A program made the translations under genes and the position numbers. This document shows positions 27,016 through 42,027 of a DNA stretch of 64,000 nucleotides, piece by piece. The notes under the pieces are model-generated. The model was given only the letters and a program-made list of their open reading frames with translations. It had not been told where the DNA came from and did no database searches. The stretch comes from Eledone cirrhosa (Eukaryota). How positions within the stretch are numbered: position 1 is the first letter of the stretch; each line of letters starts with the position of its first letter. The stretch covers positions 128,526,001 through 128,590,000 of the forward strand of contig OZ024745.1 of the NCBI GenBank assembly GCA_964016885.1, written 5' to 3'.

Positions 27016-27239
27016 CGATCGACAGTCGATTTACTTTCGTCAAATCGGACCGGGGAAACAATGTTTCCGTTGGTCTTTCCAGTTACTAATGCTATCTATC
27101 GAGTGCAACTCCAGGTAGAAGGAGCAACGTGAAATAAAGTGTCTTGCTCAAGGACATAACGCATCGCCCGGTCCAGGAATCGAACTCACAACCTCAAGAT
27201 TGTGAATCCAATTCTCTAATCACTCAGCCATGCGCCTTC
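27016..27239 (-). mobile_element. SINE family B1, full length, inside (TA)n
   Basis: Complete head, CORE-like block and tail; head folded back at 27245-27262 and tail mirrored at 26652-26684. Confidence 0.85.
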
Positions 27240-27260
27240 GTATAGGCGTGTGGCTGAGTG

Positions 27261-27343
<83 letters not shown>

Positions 27344-27345
27344 CA

Positions 27346-27393
<48 letters not shown>

Positions 27394-27419
27394 CATACAT
27401 ACATACATACATACATACA

Positions 27420-27465
<46 letters not shown>

Positions 27466-27519
27466 CATACATACATACATGATGGCTGCCCCCTCGTTAT
27501 CGAGTATGGCCATTGCACA

Positions 27520-27553
<34 letters not shown>

Positions 27554-27674
27554 ATAATAATAATAATAATAATAACAATAATAATAATAATAATAATAGC
27601 AATAATAATAATAACGACAACAACAATAATATACATATCCACACATACATACACACACACGCACGCACATAAGC

Positions 27675-27712
<38 letters not shown>

Positions 27713-27784
27713 GATAGCAACTAACAGTGCTGCGATCGAATGTGGCTTTTTAGCCCAGCCAATGATCCAAAATGTCTACATACA

Positions 27785-27889
<105 letters not shown>

Positions 27890-27934
27890 GTATGTATATA
27901 TATGTATGTATGTATATATATATGTATATGTATG

Positions 27935-28093
<159 letters not shown>

Positions 28094-28415
28094 AAATTAA
28101 TGATTAGTGTTTGATGAGCAGTGTTTACCTTTCTCCTTTTCACATCTACGGATATTAGTACATATACATACACACACGCAGATGTGCGACGAAAGAACTT
28201 TGATAGACTATATATCTTCATCATCATCATCGTTTAACGTCCATATATATTTATATCTGTATTTTTAATCACTGGTCAATGAATGATAAACATTGATTGC
28301 CAAATAAATTAACTATGGAGATATAAAAGATAGAGAAGCGAACACCAGCCAAACAGTGAGTGTGTTCTGTTATTATTTCTGGCAATATTATAACAATATG
28401 ACCCTCCCCAAGTAT

Positions 28416-28463
<48 letters not shown>

Positions 28464-28472
28464 ATCTATGTA

Positions 28473-28841
<369 letters not shown>

Positions 28842-28858
28842 ATATATATATATATGTC

Positions 28859-28927
<69 letters not shown>

Positions 28928-28928
28928 C

Positions 28929-28986
<58 letters not shown>

Positions 28987-29039
28987 TATATATATATATA
29001 GATATATAGATATATAGATATATATATATATATAGATAG

Positions 29040-29081
<42 letters not shown>

Positions 29082-29133
29082 ATATATATAGATAGATAGA
29101 TAGATATAGAGATATAGAGATATATAGATATAT

Positions 29134-29198
<65 letters not shown>

Positions 29199-29329
29199 TA
29201 TATAGATATAGATAGATAGATATATAGATGTATATAGATATATATATAGATAGATATATATATAGATATAGATAGATAGATATATAGATGTATATATAGA
29301 TATATATATATAGATAGATATATAGATGT

Positions 29330-29396
<67 letters not shown>

Positions 29397-29439
29397 TATT
29401 ATTCGTATAAATATGCAACATAACTACATTATGCATATC

Positions 29440-29479
29440 GGCAGTTGAAAAAGCATACAATGCCGAAACCGGTACCGTT
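29440..29479 (+). ncRNA. Hammerhead-like motif with U3:A8 core, decayed stems
   Basis: GGCAG-TTGAAAA-aGCAT-aca-ATGCc-GAAA-CCGG-TA-CCGTT; AATAAA downstream. Confidence 0.55.
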
Positions 29480-29645
29480 ATTAAATGCGGAAATATCCAC
29501 TTTATAAATAAATATTTTGATATTATACTGAAAGAATCTCTTCAGCATTTTCTACTGAAAAAACCTTTTTCATCTCTACTATTTGTTTTTATATATATTG
29601 ACTCGCGTGTTACTTTTCTACATTCCATATATATATATATGTATG

Positions 29646-30076
<431 letters not shown>

Positions 30077-30124
30077 ATGTATATATATTATATATATTTG
30101 TGTGTATTCATATACCTATATGTA

Positions 30125-30495
30125 TCAGAATTAAACCAGTTTTAAACTAGTTAGACTATTATTCAACAGGGTACTCCATACTTAGGCGTTAGTAGAGTAT
30201 GACTATATTAGAAAGAGCAGGCCGCGATGGCTGATCACTTACCGTTTCAACAGTTAATTCCAGACTAGGAACTAGCTACTAGACAGGACCGTCTTAACGC
30301 ATGGGTACGCTGGGCAGTTGCCCGGAGGCCCACGAGGATAGGGGGCCCATTTGTATTTTTATTCCCGTGAGTGGTTGTGTAGGTAGGGGCCCCAGTGCTC
30401 TGCTTTGCTGTTAAGACGGCCCTGCTACTAGCTATAGTCCGGAACTAACTGTTGAAACGGCAAGAGCTATCAACCGTCAACTCCGACTCTAATAT
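30125..30495 (-). mobile_element. Fold-back element family E with a MITE in the loop
   Basis: Arms about 30205-30270 and 30432-30497; tail motif on the minus strand at 30166-30200. Confidence 0.65.
30284..30424. mobile_element. hAT-type MITE (141 bp)
   Basis: TIR CAGG(A/G)CCGTCTTAAC (14/15); 8-bp TSD CTACTAGA/CTACTAGC. Confidence 0.85.
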
Positions 30496-30682
30496 ATATA
30501 TACAAGTATCTATACCGTTTCACCTTGTAAAACCCGAAAGTTTCCACGTGGAACTCATAAAAGTAATGAGTATAACATGAACATCAAGTACTTATGTTTT
30601 TATTTTTATTTTCAAATTGTTTATGTTGATTATTTTTTAGTACTTAAATGTTACTGCTGATAGCCTAGCAGACAAGTACCTC

Positions 30683-30777
<95 letters not shown>

Positions 30778-30885
30778 TGAGTGTGTGTGTATATATATAT
30801 ATACGCACACACATATATAATAGAACACTGGAGGGTTATATCCGAAGTAGTAGAGCATTCAGTCCATGGGACGAGTTTGTAACTA

Positions 30886-31002
<117 letters not shown>

Positions 31003-31013
31003 ATATATATATA

Positions 31014-31070
<57 letters not shown>

Positions 31071-31315
31071 ATATACATATACACACACGTACATATATAT
31101 ATATATACTCTTATGCAATCACTCACTGACATATACACACATATGTCCCATACAATCGTAGACTGGGGGTTGTAAGGGGTGGGTGAAGTAACCGACTCCC
31201 CTGCTGCGGTCATCTAATCCAATCGTTGTAAAACAGACGACGGAGGGATGGTGGAAGTCGAACAATCTAGCGAAGTCTTGCTGAACTTCTTGTTCACCTT
31301 ATATCACCTTGGCTA

Positions 31316-31414
<99 letters not shown>

Positions 31415-31430
31415 CACACACGCACGCACG

Positions 31431-31513
<83 letters not shown>

Positions 31514-31527
31514 TGTCTCTGTCTCTG

Positions 31528-31568
<41 letters not shown>

Positions 31569-31685
31569 GTGTGCATGTATGTATATATATATGCATGTAT
31601 ATATATGCATGTATATATACATATATATATATGTGTATATATATGTGTGTGTGTGTGTGTATGTGTGTGTGTGTGTCTATGCCAG

Positions 31686-31762
<77 letters not shown>

Positions 31763-31964
31763 ACATGTACATACGGGAATAATACTCAATTAATGTAGAG
31801 TTATTTCTTTTATTCAAAAACACGCGCACACATAGATGCACACACTCACACACACATACTCACACACACTCACATATATATATATATACATATATATACA
31901 CACACACGCACTCATATATATGTATATATATATATGCACACATACAAAAAGATAGGTAAACATT

Positions 31965-32297
31965 CATACATACATACATACATACATACATACATGCATA
32001 CGTACATACGTACATACATACATAGATACATACTTACATACATACATACGTACATACATGCATACATACATACATACATACATACATACATACATACATG
32101 CATACGTACATACATACATACATACATGCATACGTACATACATACATACATACATACATACATACATACATACATGCATACGTACATACATACATACATA
32201 CATACATACATACATACATACATGCATACGTACATACATACATACATACATACATACATACATACATACATACATACATACATACATACATACATAC
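31965..32297. repeat. (TACA)n microsatellite with periodic TGCATACG interruptions
   Basis: Direct reading. Confidence 0.9.
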
Positions 32298-32995
32298 GTC
32301 CATATATTATGAGCGACAGCTTTACGAGGTCGACCTTGCTGGGGTTTATGTTTCCTTGATTCGAGGACAGAGATCTGGAGAGTTAATAGTTTTTTGGCCC
32401 TATGGTAAGGGATTTAAATGATGTTTTGATGTTGCTATTGGTGTTAGTAGTGGTGATGGAGGGGTTGTGGTTGTTGTTGTTGTTGTTGTTGTTGGAGGTA
32501 GTGGTGGTGGTGGTGGTGGTGGTGTATTTTTATGACATAACCTTACACGGGGTACAGGTGAGGGAAGACAAAGGGAGCCAAATAATACAGAACAGAATGA
32601 AAGAATGAGAGAATGTGAGAGAGAAAAAGTAGAAGAGTGAGAATGAGAGAACGAGAGAGTAAAAAAGTAGACGGGTGAGAATGAAAGAATGAAAGAATGA
32701 AAGAGAGAAAGTAGAGGAATGAGAATGAGTGAAATAAAGATAAATAAGAATACACATAAGTTGACCAATGAATTAAAAAGGAAAGAGTATAAGTGAGATA
32801 TATATAGAGAGAGAGTGAATGGAAGAGAGAGAGAGGGGGGAGAGAGAGAGAGAGCAGAAATGGTGTGGTAAGATACCAGGTGGACCAGAATGACTTCACT
32901 TGCAGTTCTAAATAATTTGATTTCATTTTATAATATTACAATATTATGAGTTGGTAAATCTAGTAAGTTCTTTGTTATATATATATATATATTTG

Positions 32996-33058
<63 letters not shown>

Positions 33059-33200
33059 CAAAGGTTAATAAGGTTCATTGATTACTCACAGAATATAGTT
33101 TTACAATAGATTAAAAGCACTCTACAGTGAAGTTTTCTGGAGTTATTAATATTATTCAGAATATTAATAAATGAAGACATTCACATAATCAAAATATATA

Positions 33201-33262
33201 TTTTATTATATATATTTCGAAGGTACCGTGCTGTTTTTTCAGTATGTCCTCATCAGATAAAA
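33201..33262 (-). ncRNA. Type I hammerhead ribozyme
   Basis: TTTTAT-CTGATGA-ggacatactg..cggtaccttc-GAAA-TATATA-TA-ATAAAA. Confidence 0.8.
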
Positions 33263-33574
33263 TGTCATACATCAATTCACGTAAATTGATGTATGACATA
33301 CCTCAACGGCCTTGATGGTTCAATTCCAGTATTGGCAATGATTTATTACAACAAATTTCAACATTTATATACCACAAATAATAACATGATATACTTAAAT
33401 TTAATGAAGAAGAGGATGTGGAGCGAGATATGGGTGTAAGGAGGGGGTGATATGATGTTTATCATGTTATTATTTGTGGTATATAAATATTGAGATTTGT
33501 TGTAATAAATCACTGCCAATACTGGAATTGAACCATCAAGACAGTTGAGGTATGTCATACATCAATTCATGTAT

Positions 33575-33636
33575 TTTTATCTGACGAGGACGTACTGAAA
33601 AAACAGCACAGTACCTTCGAAATATATATAATAAAA
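33575..33636 (+). ncRNA. Type I hammerhead ribozyme
   Basis: TTTTAT-CTGACGA-GGACGTACTG..CAGTACCTTC (9/10 pairs)-GAAA-TATATA-TA-ATAAAA; cleavage after 33630. Confidence 0.85.
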
Positions 33637-33680
33637 CATATATTTTGATTTTGTCAACGTCTTCATTTATTAATATTCTG

Positions 33681-33775
<95 letters not shown>

Positions 33776-34130
33776 TTTGACGAGAATATTTTAAATATTT
33801 TTACTTGATTTTTTTGTGTTTTTCTGTTTGTTTCCTTGTCTTTTACCAGTGCTATGTTATATTGCAATGCCAAGTCCAACTCCCGTCTTTGGTCAAAACA
33901 TATTTCATAACAGAAATAGTTTCTTTTAAAGTTTCTTCATTTGCTTTGTTTGTAGTACCCCGACGGCTGAGCTCCGGCCGTTTCGACAGCTAGATCCGAA
34001 CTGTATCTAAACAAATTTAAAAAAATATGGCTGTGGCGATGAATATAAAACTGACGACTTATCATGATCCATGTTTTGCTATAAAAATTACGATTATGCC
34101 GAGTTTAGTCTGTATGTATACATTTTTTTC

Positions 34131-34211
<81 letters not shown>

Positions 34212-34505
34212 GCGTGCTGCGTGGTTGCAAATGGGTTACATATGAATAAAAGTAGTCCTTCATCAGTGATCTTCCAGGCTTCATTGGTATTTCATCGCTT
34301 TAAAGATCATATACCTCTGGTTGGTGCGAGCAACGGCTAAAGAAAGTCGTTGGGACACGTAAATAGGGGGAACGAGCGAGACAGTAAACAAACAAAGATG
34401 GTAATGCAACGAAAAGTGAGGAAGAAGGAGTCAAGTCCCTGAAATCGATGAACATAAGTTCTGTGAAATCGTAGACGAGAGAATAAAGACCATGCAACCT
34501 GGTTG

Positions 34506-34572
34506 AAATGTGAAGGCTTGCTGAACACATGAACACACAAGCCGAAACCGCTTGGCGCCGTGGTCGGGATTT
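34506..34572 (+). ncRNA. Decayed hammerhead (5' core damaged)
   Basis: Stem II GGCTTG/CAAGCC, GAAA, stem III CCGC/GTGG with a GGCGCC-containing loop, GTC; CUGANGA is not intact. Confidence 0.45.
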
Positions 34573-34579
34573 TACATGC

Positions 34580-34659
<80 letters not shown>

Positions 34660-35476
34660 GAGAGAGGTCGGTTTATTCGTACATCTTCATTTTATTATCT
34701 AATTCCATTATATGTAATACGATGTACGAATGAAACTGTCTCTCTTATTTATTATACTATTCCGAGTGATACCTTACAGAGAAAATCATAAGGAATACAA
34801 ATTGTAGAGTGCTTTACGAAAAGTCGGTGGATTATTTGATCAACCAACTTTCATCACCTGAATAATACATATATATATATATATCTGAGAGAGAGAGAGT
34901 GCGTGTGTGTGTGTGTATGTGTGTGTGTGTATGGGTGGGTGTGTGTGTGTGTGTATGGGTGGGTGTGTGTGTGTGTGAGTATGCGTGTGTGTGTGTGAGT
35001 ATGCGTGTGTGTGTGTGTACGTGCGTTGTTTCCGACACTTTTGTACAGCCTATCGAATGCACTGTTTCCATTTGGGGAGGATATGGTCGAATAAAACCTT
35101 GTTTGTAATGCCTTAGCATGGCCGCAGTCCAAATATTGAAACCAGTAAAAGGGTATAAGAATAAATCAATAGATATATATCTGTGTATTATAGTCAAATT
35201 TAAGCAGGGCCATGTCAGGCAATATCCAGAACAAATTATTCTCAACCGTTAGAGCGAATATTTCAGTGAATGAATTATAAGTTTAGATGCAAGACTAAGA
35301 ATATATTTTATATTGAAATAAATTATTCATATGCCGCATGACGTGTTACTCAATTTTACTCATAGATATCCAATAATTTCTTCAGTATTATATGCCTGTG
35401 TATGTGTGTGCTTTGGTGTTATATAACTGTTTGTCTCTGTGTGTGTTTAGGATATCGTTTTACACTGAATTATACT

Positions 35477-35655
35477 TGGCAGTATCGGTAGAGGGTCGGA
35501 AGCCATGCTGTGCAGCATAGAGTTATCTCCCTTTATGACCTGAGTTCAAATCCCGCCGAGGTTACCTTTGCCTTTCATCCTTGCGGGGTCGATAAAATAA
35601 AGTACCAGTAATACACTGTTAATTGCTGGCCTTGTGCCAAAAGTAGAAACAATAA
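35477..35655 (+). mobile_element. SINE family A
   Basis: Consensus match. Confidence 0.9.
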
Positions 35656-35884
35656 TACTGAATTATATACACTCATTACTGTTTATAGAGTCAAAATAAT
35701 AATTATTAATAGTAACTGCTTGCATTACATTTCTGGCAATACTAGTTCCTTAGAACAGTATTTTAGTCGAAATTCCGATCATGTTGTTATTAGACACGAT
35801 ATTATATATTTTTAGTATGTCATCTTAATTCATATGTTTGTTGTGTGGCATGTTATGTAATTTTCGAACACACATAAACGACTG

Positions 35885-35926
<42 letters not shown>

Positions 35927-36055
35927 GTGAGGTTTTTTTTACAAATTGAAAAATAACCGAGGTGTCCTACACGGAAAGTATAAAGAAAAAGAGATGAAAT
36001 CGAAAATGCAACTGGAGTCTTATTTTTTTTTTAAATATATATATTTATTTGGTTC

Positions 36056-36091
36056 CTTTACCGGTTTCGCAGTTCTTCTGCTTTTCAAAAG
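36056..36091 (-). ncRNA. Minimal hammerhead with U3:A8 variant core
   Basis: CTT-TTGAAAA-GCAG-aagaa-CTGC-GAAA-CCGG-TA-AAG. Confidence 0.65.
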
Positions 36092-36314
36092 TAGAGTTGA
36101 GATGGATGGTCTGTGGTTTTTCTCACATCTGGCTGATCTCTGAATGTTACTTGTTTTATATGGAAAAAGTGGCTCGAAATGCCAGGTTTTTCGAGAAGTA
36201 ATTTGAAATTCGAGAAGTAAATTGAATTTCGAGCCACTTTTTCCATATATAACAAGTAACATTCAGAGACCAGCCAGATGTGAGAAAAACCACAGACTCT
36301 CCATCTCAACTCTA

Positions 36315-36350
36315 CTTTTGAAAAACAGAAGAACTGCGAAACCGGTAAAG
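36315..36350 (+). ncRNA. Minimal hammerhead with U3:A8 variant core (G10.1 to A)
   Basis: Same motif in the right arm, one substitution at the base of stem II. Confidence 0.55.
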
Positions 36351-36420
36351 GAACCAAATAAATATATATATTTTAAAAAAAAATAAGACTCCAGTTGCAT
36401 TTTCGATTTCATCTCTTTTT

Positions 36421-36460
<40 letters not shown>

Positions 36461-36842
36461 TTAAAGGTTTAACAAGGTTCTATGAATAAATCAAAGAATG
36501 AGTATTACAATAGATTGGAAGCACTCAACACTCATTTTAATTTTAATATATATATATATATGTATATATATAATTATATATATATATATATGTATATATA
36601 CATACACACACATATATATATATATATACATATATATATATGCTATATATACATACATATATATATATACATATATATATATAGCTTATATATATATAGC
36701 TTATATATATATATATACATATATATAAGCTGTATATACATACATTATATATATATCTACATATATATACCTCATATATATGTGTTTGTGTGAGTATTTA
36801 TATATATGTATATATATACACAAATAAACACATATATATATA

Positions 36843-36881
<39 letters not shown>

Positions 36882-37293
36882 TGATACTCTCAAAATTTCA
36901 AGAGATAATTAGAATTATATTACTGAATGGTTCGTTTCTTTTATTCATATTTTCTTAGCTTTTTGATTAGGACTTCATTCATTGTTGGTTTTTATTTTTC
37001 ATTAATGTGTTTCATGTTTCAATAATGAACTAAAGTAATTGGCGCCGTTTCTTTTCTCAATATTGTGTAGAAGCCAGAGTTATTATGTACATAGTTCAGA
37101 AATTCATGAAAAAAAAAATTATGAAATGATGCCAATACTAAACAAACACGGGTACTTGGTCGTTAGTTTGCTGAATTATTGAATTAATAATGTTCTTTGT
37201 TAAATGAAGGAAGCGTGCGTCTTGTTGGATGGGCGATTGAAAGACGAATAGTTTAAAAGTTGAAAATCGTGTGTATCTATGCGCGTTTGTTTA

Positions 37294-37434
<141 letters not shown>

Positions 37435-37444
37435 AGAGAGAGAG

Positions 37445-37615
37445 AAAGGGTAAGATACCAGGTGGACCATAACGCACCAGAGTACTCAATACTTAGGGTA
37501 GTAGAGTGGGAAATATGGAAAGAGTCAGGACCTCGACGGCTGAGCTCCGGCCGTTTCATCAGCTAAATCCGAACTGTCGAAACGGCTGGAGCTCAGCCGT
37601 CGGGGTCCCGACCCT

Positions 37616-37623
<8 letters not shown>
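37445..37623 (-). mobile_element. Fold-back element family E
   Basis: Hairpin 37513-37623; GAAA-CGGCTG-gagct-CAGCCG-TC; tail is the reverse complement of the 7461-7527 tail. Confidence 0.8.
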
Positions 37624-37653
<30 letters not shown>

Positions 37654-37966
37654 ATGCGCACACGCACACACACAAACACACACACACACACACACATACG
37701 TGGGTGTGGGTATGAGTTTGTGCTTGTCTGTATATGCAAGCATAGTATAAATATGACAAAAGCGTTTATTAACCATGTTAAAATTGAGCCGTTCCTATTC
37801 TATATCAAACTGTTCTGTATACAGAGAAAAGAAATGTATTATCATTTCTATTTCCCAGGAATAGTGAGAAAAAATAAACACGTGTAGCTGTTATCAAGAA
37901 GTGCTGTATCATTAACGCATTACTGCTACGTGCTTGAATATTATAAAGAATATTATTATAATTATA

Positions 37967-38299
37967 GGCGCATGGTTTAGTGGTTAGAGCGTCGGGCTTA
38001 CAATTGTGAGGTTGTGTGTTCGATTCTCGGACCAGCCTTTGCATTGCGTTCTTGAGCAAGAAACTTTATTTGACGTTGCTCCAGTTCACTCAGCTGTAGA
38101 AATGCGTTGCGACGTCACTGGTGCCAAGCTGTATTGACCATTGATTTCCCACAACATTTGGTGGTGTGGAGAGAGGAGACCTGCATGCATGGGCTACTGC
38201 TGGTCTTCCACAAAACAACGTTGGCCAGACTTCTGCCTCGGAGGGGATTTTTCTAGATGCAGATCCCATGGTCATTTCTGACCGAAGGGGGGTCTTTAC
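37967..38299 (+). mobile_element. tRNA/CORE-type SINE (B2)
   Basis: GGCGCATGGTTTAGTGGTTAGAGC, GTTCGATTCTC, CORE-like block, distinct tail of about 200 bp. Confidence 0.8.
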
Positions 38300-38566
38300 A
38301 CTATAGGGAGAGTTATTGTCCAGCCTTAGACTATTGACGTGTAGAAGCAGATAATTACTTTCCCTTGGTGGTCAAGGTAATCTGTGGTCCTGTAGGATAC
38401 CTTGATTGCTCTTAGGCGACCCTGTCCCCTGTTTCAGAATGTTCTATTCTGCTATACTTTTTGTCTATTGATTTTATTATTTACTTTTTACACGTACGTA
38501 AACCCCTACACTTATTTCTTGTATCCTTGTCTCTTGTGGCTAGTAAAGGTATTATTACAACTCTAG

Positions 38567-38908
38567 TAATAATAATTGTTTCTACTTTAGGCACAAGGCC
38601 AGCAATTACCCAGTGTATTACTGGTACTTTATTTTATCGACCCCCGTAAAGATGAAAGGCAAAGTTTATCTCGGCGGGATTTGAACTCAGAACGTAATTA
38701 TTATTATTACTAGGGCAGTGGAGTGGCAGTATCGGTAGAGGATCGGACGCCATGCTTTGCAGCATAGAGTTACGCCCCTTTCCGGTCTGAGTTCAAATCC
38801 CGCCGAGGTTAACTTTGCCTTTCATCCTTACGGGGTCGATAAAATAAAGTCACGCACTGGGGTCGATTTAATCGACTTTCCCCTCCCCCAAAATTGCTGG
38901 CCTTGTTC
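38567..38908. mobile_element. Adjacent inverted pair of SINE family A (38567-38695 -, 38712-38908 +)
   Basis: Consensus matches in opposite orientation. Confidence 0.85.
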
Positions 38909-38919
38909 CTATAGTACAA

Positions 38920-38920
<1 letters not shown>

Positions 38921-38992
<72 letters not shown>

Positions 38993-39049
38993 GGTGGTGG
39001 TGGAGTAGTAGTAGTTGTAGTAATAGTAGTAGTAGTGGTGGTGGTGGTA

Positions 39050-39122
<73 letters not shown>

Positions 39123-39195
39123 TGTAGTAGTAGTAGTAGTTGTAGTAGTAATAGTAGTAGTAGTAGTTGTAGTAGTAGTAGTAGTAGTAGTAGTG
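38921..39195. repeat. (TAG)n microsatellite
   Basis: Direct reading. Confidence 0.95.
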
Positions 39196-39544
39196 GAGCT
39201 GATAGTGTTAGTAGTGTGGTACGTAATGTTGTAAATACGAAATCAAAGTGTATTTACTCTATTTTTATCTTATTTATTTATTTTTCATTTAAATCTCAGG
39301 ATAATTTTCTCTGAGATTATTCCACGTAATCTATTCACTAAATTGGAATTGTTAAAACAGTCTACGTAATATCGTTACGTGTAATATTTGGTTTGGCAAT
39401 CTCGCTAAGACTTTTGATAAGTAAAATTCATATCACAATTGGCTGACAACCAAATCATACATTCTATATCCATTAATTCAAATTAACTTTACCAAACAGC
39501 AGCACCTACCCTACCCTATAACTACATCAACGGTAATAATAATT

Positions 39545-40660
39545 TTGTAAGGTTTCTCTAGCAATCGGTTGCTAGGTGAAGTGTGTTAATATTAGCCTCA
39601 GATCAGTTCCTGATCTCAGAGGCTCAATATATCATGTAGAATTCTGACGGTCTTAGTGATGGTACAAATTTGGAGACTGTCTATGGCAGGGGTGTGCAAC
39701 ATATTCCATTGGCGGGCCACTTTTGAACATTGGAACAACTATTAGGGTCATTAATATTTATTAAACATTATTTCAAAGATTCAACTTCTTTCCATAACAT
39801 GGAACTGGGAAATTATAACACATAACCCTATCAGAACAACTATTAGAGCCATTAATATTTATTAAGCACTATTCCAAAGATTCACCACAACTTCTTTCCT
39901 CCATAACATGGCACTAGGAAATTATAACACATAACCCTATCAGAACAACTATAAGGGCCATTAATATTTATTAAGCACTATTCCAAAGATTCACCACAAC
40001 TTCTTTCCATAACATGGAACTGGGAAATTATAACACATAACCCTATCAGAACAACTATAAGGGCCATTAATATTTATTAAGCACTATTCCAAAGATTCAC
40101 CACAACTTCTTTCCATAACATGGCACTAGGAAATAACACATAACCCTATCAGTGAAGCCCTTTAGTATAGGTCAACTAACAGGAAATTGTATTACGCTTA
40201 CGAAAAAATTCTATATAAGTCTACAAGATTAAAATTAAAAACGGTCATCGCGGGTCACTCTGACAGGTCTGGCGGGCCGGATTGTGGTGTGGCCCGCGAG
40301 CCGCCTGTTGCACGCCCCTGCTCTATGACGTTGGGGATCACAAGGCTTTTGATGAAAGACGTTTAAGGACCATGCCTAGAAATATCCTGACGATTGGCAC
40401 GACTTTTGTCTCTACATGGTGCTCAGTTCTTAATAGTGCCTGTAAGGTCTGCATACTTATTGATCTTTTTCCTTTTCAGCCAGATTGTGGCCTTAAGGGA
40501 TCACCATATCAATTAGAATTCATTTTGGGGTTTGTTTATTTTCACAATATCAGAGCGGTTGTGTTGGAATTGTTTGTGGTCTTGATTTCGAGGTCTCAAA
40601 ATACTCTAAATGAATCACTCCTTTCCTTGCGGATAATCATGGAATTTATGCAATGTACAC
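39545..40660 (-). pseudogene. R4/Dong-like non-LTR retrotransposon 3' end (restriction-like endonuclease), split by a MITE
   Basis: Frameshifted *DLEIKT..HNRSDIV..LIDMVIP*GHNLAEKEK..KINKYADL..TKVVPIV..LGMV; after the MITE, IDSLQICTITKTVRILHDILSL*. Confidence 0.75.
39687..40320 (+). mobile_element. hAT (Charlie-like) MITE with internal tandem repeats of about 100-110 bp
   Basis: TIR CAGGGG(T/C)GTGCAAC (13/14); TSD GTCTATGG/CTCTATGA (6/8); about 4 internal units at 39734-40152. Confidence 0.85.
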
Positions 40661-40757
40661 ATTAATTGTGTATACATTAATTCTGTATACGTTTCACAGA
40701 TGCATTGAGTTCTAACTAGATTTGAAATCCTGCTTCGACAAAGAAGGCTGCTATTGC

Positions 40758-40840
<83 letters not shown>

Positions 40841-40874
40841 AGAGAAAAACCACAAACCCGCCATCTCAATTCTA

Positions 40875-40910
40875 CTTTTGAAAAGCAGAAGAACTGCGAA
40901 ACCGGTAAAG
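40875..40910 (+). ncRNA. Minimal hammerhead with U3:A8 variant core
   Basis: CTT-TTGAAAA-GCAG-aagaa-CTGC-GAAA-CCGG-TA-AAG, then AATAAA. Confidence 0.65.
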
Positions 40911-41254
40911 GAACCAAATAAATATATATTTAAAAAAAAAAAGACTCCAGTTGCATTTTCAATTTCATCTTTTTTCCTGATATATAAATATATATATCTT
41001 GTGACGCTAAAGTTCGCCAGTTGCAGACTGCGCATTAACATGAGATATCTAGATCCACAAAGTTCGATCACCAGCAGCAGAGTTTCAAGAGCAAAGATCA
41101 AGTCCAGTTCATGAATTGACAATGTCAAGCCATCGTTTTGGCTGCCGGCCCCTGCTTCTCTTCCCAACCAACCTTCCTTCCAGGCGAAACTGCAGTCGGG
41201 ACTTTGAAGAAAAAATAGGTATATTTTTGTCTATTATTTCCTCATATTTTGTAA

Positions 41255-41314
<60 letters not shown>

Positions 41315-41325
41315 TATATATACAT

Positions 41326-41517
41326 AACCAAAGATTAATATGGTTCATTGATTACTCAATGAATATAGTTTTACAATAGATTAAAAGCACTCTAAAGAGA
41401 AGTTTTCTGGAGTTATTAATATTATTCAGAATATTAATAAATGAAGACCTCTTTCGAAATATATATAATAAAACATATATTTTGATTATGTGAATGTCTT
41501 CATTTATTAATATTCTG

Positions 41518-41525
<8 letters not shown>
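41326..41525. mobile_element. Short fold-back of family G
   Basis: Arms 41419-41448 / 41496-41525; the inverted segment begins at TTC-GAAA-TATATA-TA. Confidence 0.8.
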
Positions 41526-41614
<89 letters not shown>

Positions 41615-41895
41615 TGGCTTTGTTTTTATGAGTGTATTTCTCACGAATTTGTAATCCGATGGTCTTATCCACTAGATATTTCGTTTATTGTTGGCGTAGT
41701 TTGTTCTCTGAGTATATTATTTAGGTACACGGCATTTGATGATTGCTTTGCGTTTGTTCTGGGTGTGTCTGCGTTCGGATTTGTTTGTTTGACGGTCCTA
41801 CTTGCTTGTTTGCATATATATATATATATGTGTGTGTGTGTGTATATATATTATACACACACACACGTATATATATGTATGTGTATATATATATG

Positions 41896-42027
<132 letters not shown>

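Larger units (their letters stand above)
33056..33688. mobile_element. Long fold-back pLTR-like element (family G) inside (TA)n
   Basis: Arms 33149-33391 / 33460-33688, each with a hammerhead; unpaired tail 33056-33148 with GAGTGCT on the minus strand; shorter relative at 41326-41525. Confidence 0.85.
35979..36427. mobile_element. Long fold-back element (family H) inside (TA)n
   Basis: Arms of about 200 bp, 35979-36180 / 36226-36427; third partial copy at 40836-40985. Confidence 0.9.

Noticed and set aside
40615-40760. Penelope RT thumb-like reading (NLVRTQCIC..HDYP)
   Set aside because: Weak match; the contiguous downstream sequence fits an R4/Dong-like endonuclease instead.
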